From an uncultured Actinomycetes bacterium (GTDB lineage Bacteria; Actinomycetota; UBA4738; HRBIN12): 64,000 bases of DNA. Of the stretch, positions 1 to 9,872 are shown one piece after another. Under the pieces are notes generated by a model. That model was not told the origin of the DNA. It ran no database searches and saw only the letters and a program-made list of their open reading frames with translations. The stretch spans positions 384,001 through 448,000 of the forward strand of contig OY969934.1 in assembly GCA_963704725.1 (NCBI GenBank). Reading direction: 5' to 3'. The position numbers were made by a program, and so were the translations under genes. How positions within the stretch are numbered: position 1 is the first letter of the stretch; each line of letters opens with the position of its first letter.

Positions 1-1809
1 CGGTCTACAACCCCTCCGCCGAGCCGGTGCGCTTCGAGCTCCGGCTCTCGGTCGGCGCGGACTTCGCCGACCTGTTCGAGGTCAAGAGCGCGGTGCGCGA
101 CCGCAGCGCGAGCATCGACGTCGAGCACGACCCGGACGAGCGAACGCTGCACTTCCACTACGAGGTGCCCGGCTTCCTCGCCGAGACCAACGTGCGCGTG
201 GCCCGCAGCCGGGTCGCCGAGGGGATCGACGGCACGGGGCCGAGCGTTCCCGCGCTTCCCGAGGTCGACGGCGACGGGTTCGTCTGGCGGATCGAGCTGG
301 GGCCGCGGAAGCTCCTCGACGCGCTCGTGCGCGCCACCGTCCGCGTGAACGAGACCGTGCTCGAGCCGATGCACCAGGACTTCGGCGACCAGCAGCAGCT
401 CTCCGAGGGCGCGCTCACGAGCTGGCTCTCCGAGGTCCCGCGGTTCGAGTCCGACAGCGCGCTGCTGAAGGGCGTGCTCGACAAGTCGGTGGTCGACCTC
501 GCCGCCCTGCGGATCGAGGGCGAGCTCGGCGGGGAGCGGTACGTGCTCCCGGCCGCCGGTCTGCCGTGGTTCATGACGCTGTTCGGTCGCGACACGCTCA
601 TCACGGCGTTGCAGACCGTCGGCATCGGACCCGACCTCGCGCGCGGGGCGCTCCACCTGCTCGGCGCGCTCCAGGGGACGAAGGTCGACGACTTCCGCGA
701 CGAGGAGCCCGGCAAGATCCTGCACGAGATCCGGCAGGGCGAGCTCACCGTGCTCGGCGAGAAGCCGCACAGCCCGTACTACGGGACCGCCGACGCGACG
801 CCGTTGTACGTGATCCTGATGTCGGCGTACTGGCGGTGGACCGGCGACGACACGTTCGTCCGGGCCCGCTGGCCGGTGGTGCTCGCGGCGCTCGAGTGGA
901 TCGACCGCTTCGGCGACCGCGACGGCGACGGCTTCATCGAGTACCAGACGCGCTCGTCGCAGGGTCTCGGCAACCAGTGCTGGAAGGACTCGTGGGACGG
1001 CGTGCAGTTCGCCGACGGGCGGATCCCCTACCTGCCGATCGCGACGTGCGAGCTGCAAGGCTATGCGTACGACGCCAAGCTCCGGGCGGCCGAGCTCGCC
1101 GAGCGGCTCATGGGCGACCCGGCACTCGCCGACCGGCTCCGCAAGGAGGCCGAGGTCCTTCGCGACCGGTTCAACGACGTGTTCTGGAGCGAGGCGCGGG
1201 GCGGCTACTTCGTGCTCGGCCTCGACGGCGACAAGCGCCCGATCGACTCGATGACCTCGAACATGGGTCACCTGCTGTGGTCGGGGATCGTGCCCGAGGA
1301 CCGCGCCGAGCGGGTGGCCTCACACCTGATGTCGGAAGCGATGTTCTCGGGCTGGGGCGTGCGAACGCTGTCGAGCGACGACGCCGGCTACAACCCGATC
1401 GGCTACCACGTCGGGACGATCTGGCCCCACGACAACGCGATCGTCGCGATGGGCCTCGAGCGCCACGGCTTCCGCGACGAGGCGAACCGCATCTGCCTCG
1501 CCCAGCTCGAGGCCGCGGGTTTCTCGAGCTTCCGCCTGCCCGAGGCCTTCGCCGGCCTCCACCGCGCGTTCGGCCGGTTCCCTGTGCCCTATCCGACCGC
1601 GTGCAGCCCACAGGCGTGGGCGACCGGCGCGCCGTTCCTGTTCCTCAAGGTGATGCTCGGCCTCGACGCGAGCGACGGAGAGGTGACGATCGACCCCCGC
1701 GTGCCCGAAGGAGATCGGCCGCGTGTTCGTGCACGGCCTCCACGCCTTCGGCACCCACTGGGACGTGGAGGCTCACGGCTCCAACGGCCACGTCCGTCTG
1801 ACTCACTAA
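1..1809 (+). CDS. Amylo-alpha-1,6-glucosidase / glycogen debranching enzyme family protein (5'-partial; apparent +1 frameshift at ~1710)
   Basis: Motifs AGLPWFMTLFGRD, EEPGKILHE, YYGTADAT, NQCWKDS, YHxGxIWPHDN, CSPQAWA. After GAA at 1707-1709 a plausible C-terminus (EIGRVFVHGLHAFGTHWDVEA...RLTH*) continues in another frame to TAA 1807-1809. Confidence 0.85.
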
Positions 1810-1865
1810 GCGCGGGCGTTCAAAGGCGGCATAGCACGCCTCGTCACGCGGCCTCAGCCCTCCGC

Positions 1866-2546
1866 TCAGTCCTCGACAATCCACAGCATGGAACCAGGGA
1901 GCATGCCCGATAGCATCGATTCAAGGTCATGAAGACCTCGACTCAGGGTATAGCTCAACTCGGCATCGGATAGTCCGGTGGTGTCCCGCTGCTCCTGAAT
2001 GACCTGGCCAATCACGTCGCGGATAGCTGCCGCGTCGTTTGTGAGTCTCGCCAAGAGCCCCTGAGCAACTTCGGTGCTCAGCCATCCACCCTGCAGCCAG
2101 TGCTTGCACTGGTCGGCGACGGGAGCTACCCACGTGGCGTGCTTTGCGAAGAACGTCTCGAGTGGAGCCCCTCGGAGTGTCATCTCTACTGTGCCGCGCT
2201 CCCAGCCTGCGACTCGGAGTAGCTCCGCGAGTAGGAAGGAGCGAGCCCGTATGCCACCCGCAGGTACACAATGGCTCACCAGGACAACCAGCAGGCGTGC
2301 TGCCGCCGCACGCTCCGAACCGAAGTCGATGGAGGGTGGGTGCACTATCAGGTCCCACAGTTCTGTGTCTGCGGGGTCGAGGCGCGTGAGTGTGAGCTGA
2401 TCGCGCCTCCTGGGATCCGACCTCACTGTTCCGACGAATTTGGCGACGTCTCCCGTGAGAAGATCGTCGAGACGCCGCACTCCGGCAAGAGCACCCTCTA
2501 CCTCGGCGACGTCAAGGCGCCAACACCTGTGCTCAATGGCCATCAT
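1866..2546 (-). CDS. Hypothetical protein, probable immunity protein of the upstream RHS toxin
   Basis: ATG at 2546 overlaps the toxin stop codon (ATGA); codon usage less GC-skewed than the core genes; lies directly downstream of an RHS C-terminal domain. Confidence 0.55.
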   Translation of the reverse strand: MMAIEHRCWRLDVAEVEGALAGVRRLDDLLTGDVAKFVGTVRSDPRRRDQLTLTRLDPADTELWDLIVHPPSIDFGSERAAAARLLVVLVSHCVPAGGIRARSFLLAELLRVAGWERGTVEMTLRGAPLETFFAKHATWVAPVADQCKHWLQGGWLSTEVAQGLLARLTNDAAAIRDVIGQVIQEQRDTTGLSDAELSYTLSRGLHDLESMLSGMLPGSMLWIVED

Positions 2547-3118
2547 GGCTTCCCGCACAGCTCGTTGACTTCGATCCCACGTAGATCGCGTTGCGTCCTT
2601 CCGTACTTGGAGAGGATTGTACTTGTGTCCCCAACGCAGTTGATCGACCAGTGCCCTGGGCCGAACTCCGGTGTGAACGTTGCGGCGCAGCTCGGCGGCA
2701 ACCCAGAGACTGGCGCCGTGGTCCCGGGGAATCGAAGAGCGACGCTGAGCCTGAAAGGAACCAGGCACGGTTTGCTGGTGCCCTGAAAGGGTCGCTCCAT
2801 GGTTGAGACGCCATCGGGACCGGGCCGGAAGGACGCAGGAGACAATGCAAGTCCAGACTGACATCCGGGGTTTCCATCGACTCCGCGGTAGGTAACTATC
2901 AGCTCGCCACCCTCATCAACGTCAACAGGTCCCGGGAGCTCAACCGTCGGAGTGGGCTCAGGTTGTGGAGGGGTCTGTGGACAGGCGCCTGCAGCCGCGG
3001 ATGGGTTGCCACCCGCACTACACTCCGCCTGCGTCGCCGCACCAGATGAGCCGCCGATATGGATGCGCTCTGAGAGTTGATTCACCAGCGCCCTGCAATC
3101 CGCGTCGATCCAGCAATC
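2543..3118 (-). pseudogene. C-terminal (toxin) part of an RHS protein, separated from its core by an IS
   Basis: DCWIDADC...YRGVDG...DGVST...HWSI...GKP*. It joins in frame to the RHS core fragment once 3119-4130 and one GAT copy are removed. Confidence 0.7.
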
Positions 3119-4130
3119 GGGTCTGCCAGGTTTGGTTGACTCGCGGGGTTGACGGCTTTCAGGCCGCATAGGCGACCTCGTGCACGGCTTCGAACTCGAT
3201 CGGGGTGAGCTTGCCGAGGGCCCGCTGACGGCGCCGGCGGTGGTAGGTGCGTTCGATCCAAGTGACGATCGCCAGGCGGAGCTCGTCTCTGGTCTGCCAG
3301 CGCCCCGGTCCAGGACGTTCCTCTGCAGCAGGGCGAAGAACGACTCCATGGCGGCGTTGTCGGCGCAGGTCCCGGTGCGACCCATCGACCCGATGAGGCC
3401 GTGGTTCCTCAGCAGACGCACGAACTTCCCGGAGCGGAACTGACTGCCGCGGTCCGAGTGGACCAGCGTGCCGGCAGGGCTCCGCAGGCCGATCGCGCCT
3501 CGGAGCGCGGCCACGGCCAGAGAAGCCTTCATCCGGTGGTCCATCGAGTAGCCGACGATGCGACCGGAGAAGGCGTCCTTGATCGCACAGAGGTAGAGCT
3601 TGCCCTCCGCCGTCGGGTGCTCGGTGATGTCGGTGAACCACAGCTCGTTCGGCCTGCGGGCACCGAACGCACGGCGGACCAGGTCGTCGTGCACCGGCTC
3701 TCCGGGCCTGGGCCTTCGTCCCTTCTTGCGGGCGAGCACCGAGAAGATGCCGTGCGCGCTGCACAGACGGTGCACCCGGTTCTCGCTGGCGGTGATGCCG
3801 CGCTCGGCGACGAGCTCGTCGGTGATGAACCGGTAGCCGAAGGCCGGATCATCGGCGTGGATCTGCAGGGCGGCGTCGACCAGGTGGGCGTCGGACCAGT
3901 CCCTGGTGCTGACCGGGTTCGCCTTCCACTTGTGATAGGCCTGCGGCGAGAAGCCGAGCACCCGGCAGGTCACCGTGACGGGGATCCCGTCTGCGGCAAG
4001 CTCGCGGACCAGCGGGTACATCATTTTGGGTTGACGCCCTGCCCGAGGTAGACGGCGGCCCGGCGGAGCACCTCGTTCTCCTGCTCGAGCAGCCGGTTGC
4101 GCTTTCGCAGCTCGCGGATCTCCGCATCCT
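3119..4130 (-). mobile_element. IS3-family element, 5'-truncated (only the orfA tail; orfB 3159-4024 frameshifted at ~3305)
   Basis: orfA tail AEIRELRKRNRLLEQENEVLRRAA; orfB DDE motifs WFTDITE, HSDRGSQF, NAAMESFF; C-terminus WIERTYHRRRRQRALGKLTP in a shifted frame; GAT on both sides. Confidence 0.85.
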
Positions 4131-4953
4131 ATCCATGAGAAAGACGAGAATCCAGATTCCCGCCAAGACGAGGGCAAGTACAGGAACAAACCACGGAGAG
4201 GTCCCGGTCACAACGCCGAGGACCAACAACATCGATTCCACTGCTGACTCGACACCCGCCGTGAAGAGTGTCGCCACGATCCAGGGTCCGAGAAATGGAC
4301 TGCCCGCGAGGTGGCCCGTTGGATCCGTCCAGGTCGTCGGATCGTTGGCAACGTACGCGTAGACGCTATAGCCCTGCGTGCCAGGGGCATTCGGAATCAG
4401 GGTGTCGGCCGAGAGCATCCGGCCAGTAGCCGGATCGTACGTTCGCGCCCGAAGGTCGACGAGGCCCGTGGCATCCGTCGGCTCACCAGTGAACCCGAAC
4501 AGGCCGTCCAGGCCGGACACCGCCCGCGGGGCGCCGAACGCGTCGTATGAGGTCGACCCGACCAGGGTGCCGGAGTCGTCGGTCATGCCGCGCACCGAGT
4601 CCAACCGATCCCCGAGCGGGAAGCTCGGCTGAGAGCCCGAGACGCCCTCAAGGACGCCGTGCGCGTGGAGGTATCGGCTCGTCCCGTCGCCGACCACTGA
4701 GGGCAGGCCGCCCTCGCGGTCGAGCAAGAACGAAGCGTCCACGCCGTCGACGGTCGCGCCGACGCGGATTCCGTCGCCGTCGTACGTGTATGTGGCGGAG
4801 TGATCGCCGATCTCGGCCGAGGTGAGCCGAGAGGCGTCATCCCATGCAAACGAATCCGAGCCCGCGACGATGAGGTTCCCCGCCTGGTCGTAGGAGTACG
4901 AGGCGCCGCCGACGGATGTGAGCTCGCCGGCCACGTCGTAGGCGTAGCTCGTT
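4131..4953 (-). pseudogene. RHS repeat-associated core fragment (N-terminus missing)
   Basis: YD repeats (YAYDVAG, YSYDQAGN, YTYDGDG) and core signature FGFTGE...RARTYDPATGRMLSAD...YAYVANDPTTWTDPTGH, followed by a hydrophobic segment. Confidence 0.85.
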
Positions 4954-6280
4954 TGTGGTGCGTCATGATTTCTTGGACACACGGAAGTGTGATGAGATGA
5001 ATCCTCCGAGAAGGGAATGGCGCCGTGGGACGCAAGCCGTTCAAGACCCCCGAGGAGAAGCTCGCGATCGTCCTCAGCGTGCTGCGCGGCGAGATGACAC
5101 AGGTCGAGGCCGGTCGGCGCCTGCAGATGAGCCAAACGACGATCGCCAAGTGGCAGAAGCAGTTCCTCCAAGGCGGCCACGAGGCCCTCGCCCGGGGCGA
5201 CAACGCCACCGGCCCCGCGTCCAGGCGTGAGGACGAGCTGCAGTCTCAGGTCGACGAGCTGCAACAAGCACTCGGTGAGGCCTACGTCGAGCTTCGGGTC
5301 TGGCGCAAAGGGGGGGATCTCTACCCGGCTTCGAGGACCTCGAGGCGATCCGGATAGCCGCCCAGATCCCCGTGCGGCGCTTCTGTGCCCGACTCGGGTT
5401 GCCACACTCGACCTGGTACTACTGGCGCCGGCGCCACCGAGAAGGCGGGGTTGTTCGCCGCTGGCCCGCCCCGGTGGTCGATCGGATCGAGGCTGCTGCC
5501 GCCGAAAAGGCCGAGGCACACTCAGCATGGGGTCACCGCAAGATCGCCGCGATGCTGAAGGCCGACGGGGTGGCGGTGTCCCCCTCATCGGTGGAACGAG
5601 CGCTCAGACGCCGCGGTCTGCTGCTTCCGGCCCGCTACCTGCAGGACCGAAGGGAAAACGCCAAGCGACGCAAGGAGCGGTTCCTCGTGCCTCCCACGAG
5701 GCGCAACCGTGTGTGGCAGATGGACTTCTCGCGCTTCGAGACCACCGCCGGCGGGACCTGGAACATCTCCGCGGTCGTGGACTACGCCACCAAGTGCTGC
5801 TTGGCCGCTCCCATCACGGGAACCCAGGGGGCGCGCGATGCGGTGAGCGCCTTGCAGGCCGCGATCGATGCGGCCGAGGAGCTGCTCGGACACCCTCTGC
5901 TCCAGGACTGCGTCGATCCCGAGACCGGTGAGATCGAGCATCTGACGATCGTGACCGACAACGGACCCGCCTACAAGTCCGATGCCTTCATGCGCTTCTT
6001 CATGGCCCGCCCCGAGCTCGAGCACGTGCGAACGCGCCACTACACCCCGGGACAGAACGGCGTCGTGGAGCGGTTCTACCGCACGCTCAAGTACGAGCAT
6101 CTCTACCGCCTGGAGATCCGCGACGCGATCGAGCTGGACGAGCAGGTGCAGTTCCATCGCCGCGTCTACAACCAGATCCGGCCCCACGAAAGCCTCGGGC
6201 AGGTCACGCCGATGTCCGTGCACCTCGCCGAGCCCAACCTATCTGAGGCAGGAGGTGTCCAGGAAAGTTGACGCGGAACA
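4954..6280 (+). mobile_element. IS3-family insertion sequence (orfA 5025-5357, orfB ~5372-6271)
   Basis: Imperfect terminal IRs TGTGGTGCGTCATGATTTCTTGGACAC and GTGTCCAGGAAAGTTGACGCGGAACA; HTH orfA; DDE orfB (WQMD, VTDNG, GVVERF); slippery A3G7 run at ~5307-5316; no target duplication visible. Confidence 0.85.
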
Positions 6281-6483
6281 CTCCTCCCTAGGAGCCGCTG
6301 AGCCCCGCTGGTTGTCTCCCAGAAGACGGCCAACTCAGCCGACCACGGAACGGCCCCGCACATCCACGGACGAGGGTCCCGGATGGAGTGGGACCTCCGA
6401 GGCAGGAGCGGAGTCGTTTCTGGGACCCGGCCCATCGAGGAGGACATTGGGCGACCGCGGCATTCGGTGCGGTCCGCGTTCAC

Positions 6484-6735
6484 CTATCGATCCGAGCGCC
6501 AGCTTCGGAACGCCTCGAGCAGCGCATCCCGGAGCTCGGGCGGGATCTGGTCCTCGGCCAGCATCCCCGTCAGCCGGATCGTCGTCCGCACCTGCTCGAG
6601 ATACGCGGTGCAACCTGCGCACGAAGCGAGGTGCGCCTCGACCGAGGCGCGCTCGTCGTCCTTGAGCGCCCCCTCGAGGTAGTCCGTGACGAGCTCGACG
6701 AGGTCCTGGCAGTCCATCTCGGCGGGCGAGCTCAT
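6484..6735 (-). CDS. Zinc-binding anti-sigma factor (zf-HC2)
   Basis: C..L..YL.G.L...HLASCAGC (HxxxCxxC); overlaps the sigma factor stop codon. Confidence 0.85.
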   Translation of the reverse strand: MSSPAEMDCQDLVELVTDYLEGALKDDERASVEAHLASCAGCTAYLEQVRTTIRLTGMLAEDQIPPELRDALLEAFRSWRSDR

Positions 6736-7394
6736 GCCGCCCCCTCCTCGAGGTAGCCCTCGATCGCGCGACGCACCTTGGAGCGCGCGCGATGCAGGAG
6801 CACCCGTTGATTCGTCTCGGACAGGTCGAGGGCGTTACACACCTCCTGCGACGTCCAGCCGAGCACGTCGCGGAGCCGGATGACCTCACGCTGGCTCGGC
6901 GGGAGGCCGTCGATCGCCGCGGCCACCTGCGCGAGGGTCTCGTTCGACAGGAGCCGCGACTCGGGCACCGTCTCCCACGAGGCCGGCTCGGACGCCCAGT
7001 GCCTCGGCCAAGGCTCGCGGTCGGAGGAGAGGAACCGGTCGGGGTCGACCGCCGGCTCGCTCTCGGCGTCGGGGGCCCAGACGGAGGAGAACGGGACGCT
7101 CCGCGCCTCGCGCTGTCCCCGGGTCTTCGCCGTATTCACGAGGATGCGGAAGATCCACGTCCGCAGCGACGAGCGGCCCTCGAACCCGCCGAGCCCACGC
7201 AGGACGCCGACCCAGGCGTCCTGGACGACCTCCTCGGCGGTCGCACGCGTCGAGACGTACATCCGGGCGATCCGCAACATGGCGGGCTGGTAGCGCTCGA
7301 CGAGCATCATGAACGCGGTCTCGTCCCCGGCGCGGAGCGCGGCGACGAGCTCGAGGTCTTCGTGGGAGGCGGGTCGCGTGGCGGGCGTGGTCAC
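6732..7394 (-). CDS. ECF RNA polymerase sigma-70 factor
   Basis: AEEVVQDAW, FEGRSSLRTWIFRILVN (region 2); LPPSQREVIRLRD...RVLLHRAR (region 4). Confidence 0.9.
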   Translation of the reverse strand: MTTPATRPASHEDLELVAALRAGDETAFMMLVERYQPAMLRIARMYVSTRATAEEVVQDAWVGVLRGLGGFEGRSSLRTWIFRILVNTAKTRGQREARSVPFSSVWAPDAESEPAVDPDRFLSSDREPWPRHWASEPASWETVPESRLLSNETLAQVAAAIDGLPPSQREVIRLRDVLGWTSQEVCNALDLSETNQRVLLHRARSKVRRAIEGYLEEGAA

Positions 7395-7445
7395 GGGCGA
7401 GGCATAGCACGGGCCCGAGGGTTCTGCATCGGCGACGGGGAAGGC

Positions 7446-8495
7446 TCAGCCCGGACGGGCCGCGCCGACGAAGCTGTCCCAGTAGACGGAGACGACGCCG
7501 ACCGTCGTACCCGGATGCGAGGAGTGGATCATCCGTCCCCCGCCCACGTACATCGCGACGTGCGAGATGGGCGAGTAGAAGAACAGGAGGTCGCCCGGCT
7601 GCAGGTCCTCTCGCGCCACGTGGGGGAGCGCGGCGTACTGCGCGGCCGAGGAGTGGGGCAGGTAGACGCCGGCGTGCGCCCACGACCACATCGTGAACCC
7701 CGAGCAGTCGAACCCGGTCTCGGGGCTGGCGCCGCCGAACTGGTAGGGCGTTCCGATGACCGAGTAGGCCGCGGCGAGCACCGTCGCGACGTTCGCGTTC
7801 GGCGCCGGCGGTGGCGGGATCGGTGAGCTGCCGATCGTGGTCGTGCTCTGCTGCTGGGCGGCGGCCGCTGCGGCCGCGGCGCGGGCAGCCGCGGCCAGCG
7901 CCTCGTGGTACTTCTTGTCGAGCTCCGCGTACAGGCTCCGCGCCTCGGCCACGCGCGACTCGATCTGGTCGCGGTGGCTCGCGATGTCCTCGAGCACCGA
8001 TCGGCGCTCGTCCACCGTGTTCCGCAGCTCGTCGGCGGTCCACTGAGCCTCCTGCTTGGCTCTCGCCGCGAGCGTCGCGAGATCGGCGTCGGCCTGGGCC
8101 ATGCTGCCGATGAACTCGAGCCGGTCGGAGAAGTCGGCGATCGAGGTGGCGTCGAACAGGACGGAGATCTGCGACCCCAGTCCCGTGTAGGCGCGCGCCG
8201 CGCTCTGGTTCAGGCTGTCGGTCGCCCGGTCGGCCTCCGCCTGCGCCCGGCGGGCCGCGTCCTGCACCTCATCCAGCCTGGCCTGCACCTCTTCCAGGCG
8301 GATCCGAGCCTGGTCGTACTGCTCGACCAGGAGCGACATGTCGCGGTTCAGCGCGTCGAGGCGCGCTTGGGCGCGCTCTACCTCCTGCTTGCTGGGGGCG
8401 GCGGAGGAGAGGGAGGCGAAGCCGAGGGATGACATCGTCGTGATGAGCGCGACCACCATGAGTCGCGCCGCGATACCCCGCCTCGCTCGGATCAT
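7446..8495 (-). CDS. Secreted coiled-coil NlpC/P60 peptidoglycan endopeptidase (CwlO/RipA-like)
   Basis: Signal peptide, long coiled coil, GTPYQFGG..GFDCSG, HVAMY, MIHS; start ATG 8495 with GGAGG SD. Confidence 0.9.
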   Translation of the reverse strand: MIRARRGIAARLMVVALITTMSSLGFASLSSAAPSKQEVERAQARLDALNRDMSLLVEQYDQARIRLEEVQARLDEVQDAARRAQAEADRATDSLNQSAARAYTGLGSQISVLFDATSIADFSDRLEFIGSMAQADADLATLAARAKQEAQWTADELRNTVDERRSVLEDIASHRDQIESRVAEARSLYAELDKKYHEALAAAARAAAAAAAAQQQSTTTIGSSPIPPPPAPNANVATVLAAAYSVIGTPYQFGGASPETGFDCSGFTMWSWAHAGVYLPHSSAAQYAALPHVAREDLQPGDLLFFYSPISHVAMYVGGGRMIHSSHPGTTVGVVSVYWDSFVGAARPG

Positions 8496-8513
8496 CTGCC
8501 TCCGGATGCACAA

Positions 8514-8578
8514 CGGGCCGTCTCCCCGACAGCCCGGCAGGAGGCTAACGACCCCCTGGGGGGTCGTCAAACCTCCTG
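8514..8578 (-). promoter_or_regulatory. Structured 5' leader of the NlpC/P60 gene (two hairpins)
   Basis: Long stem CAGGAGG-TTTGACGACCCCC/GGGGGTCGTTAG-CCTCCTG (8538-8578) and stem CGGGCTGTC/GACGGCCCG (8514-8536). Confidence 0.45.
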
Positions 8579-8649
8579 TTTCACCGTCATGGAACCCTTG
8601 TCACGCCTCGGCGGGGAGGGCCTTCGGACGGTACTTCGCAAGGACCTTC

Positions 8650-8726
8650 TGGTCGGGACGGCGGGACTTGAACCCGCGACCTCAGCGTCCCGAACGCTGC
8701 GCGCTACCAAACTGCGCCACGTCCCG
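8650..8726 (-). tRNA. tRNA-Pro(CGG)
   Basis: CGGGACGTGGCGCAGTTTGGTAGCGCG-CAGCG TTCGGGA CGCTG-...GGTTCAAGTCC...CCA; cloverleaf with encoded CCA. Confidence 0.97.
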
Positions 8727-8810
8727 AGGCTGGTCAGTGTACCGGCTCACCGCTCCGGCCGGACCCGGGCCTTCGCCGGGTACCGCGAACCCGATACGCT
8801 CGCGGATGGC

Positions 8811-9845
8811 ATGAGGATCGCGCAGGTCTGCCCGCCGTGGCTCGCCGTTCCCCCGAAGGGATACGGCGGCATCGAGTGGGTGGTCGCGCTCATCGCCGAC
8901 GGCCTGGTCGAGGCGGGGCACGACGTGACGCTCTTCGCCACGGGGGACTCCCGGACCAAGGCGCGCCTGGAATACGTCTTCGACGAGGCGCCGGGTTCGC
9001 GCGAGATCAACGATCCCACGCTCGACACGACGCACACGCTGTTCGCGCTGCGAGACGCGCGGGAGCGGTTCGACGTCCTGCACGTGCACACGCCGTTCTC
9101 GGCGCTCGCCGCGGCCATCGAGACCGGCGTGCCGACCGTCCACACGCTGCACGGCTCGTTCACGCCGGAGATGAAGCGCCTGTACTCCTACGTCGGGGAT
9201 CGCGCGTGGTACGTCGCGATCAGCGAGGCCCAGCGGGGCTTCCACCCCGACCTCAACTACGGCGGCGTCGTCTACAACGGGATCGACATGGACTTCTATC
9301 CGCTCAACGAGCGCAAGGACGACTTCGTCCTGTTCCTCGGCCGGGCCGCCCCCGAGAAGGGCTGGCGCCGCGCCATCGACGCCGCGAAGGCCGCCGGCGA
9401 GCGCCTGGTCTCGGCGGTGAAGATCGCCCACCCCACCGAGGAGGAGGAGTGGGAGACCAACGTCAAGCCCGTCCTCCCCTCCGACTTCGAGGTGATGGGA
9501 GAGATCAGCCAGCCGGACAAGGTCGACCTGCTCCGCCGGGCCAAGGCGGTCCTGTTCCCGATCGACTGGCAGGAGCCTTTCGGGCTCGTCATGACCGAGG
9601 CCATGGCGTGCGGGACGCCGGTCATCGCCACCCCCCGCGGCTCGGTCCCCGAGGTGATCGAGGACGGCGTGACCGGCTGGATCGTCGACGTCGAGGACTA
9701 CCCGGCGCAGGCGGCCGAGCGGCTCCGGCATCTCGGCGAGATCGACCCGCAGGCATGCCGCGAGCGCGTCCGGCGCCTCTTCTCCAAGGAGGCCATGGTC
9801 GCCGGGTACGAGCGCGTGTTCGAGGCGGTCGCCGGGACTCGCTGA
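8811..9845 (+). CDS. Glycosyltransferase family 4 protein
   Basis: MRIAQVCPPW..VPPKGYGGIE; PEKG; EPFGLVMTEAMACGTPV. Confidence 0.9.
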   Translation: MRIAQVCPPWLAVPPKGYGGIEWVVALIADGLVEAGHDVTLFATGDSRTKARLEYVFDEAPGSREINDPTLDTTHTLFALRDARERFDVLHVHTPFSALAAAIETGVPTVHTLHGSFTPEMKRLYSYVGDRAWYVAISEAQRGFHPDLNYGGVVYNGIDMDFYPLNERKDDFVLFLGRAAPEKGWRRAIDAAKAAGERLVSAVKIAHPTEEEEWETNVKPVLPSDFEVMGEISQPDKVDLLRRAKAVLFPIDWQEPFGLVMTEAMACGTPVIATPRGSVPEVIEDGVTGWIVDVEDYPAQAAERLRHLGEIDPQACRERVRRLFSKEAMVAGYERVFEAVAGTR

Positions 9846-9872
9846 AGCCTGCCCGACACCGATCGACGGCGG

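Noticed and set aside
8496-8649. c-di-AMP (ydaO) riboswitch upstream of NlpC/P60
   Set aside because: Expected from context, but I cannot find the characteristic GAATC, GGGGAACC and CCCGTCAGCTAAC segments.
8650-8726. tRNA-Pro as an integration site for an island
   Set aside because: No integrase and no duplicated tRNA 3' end seen in the window.
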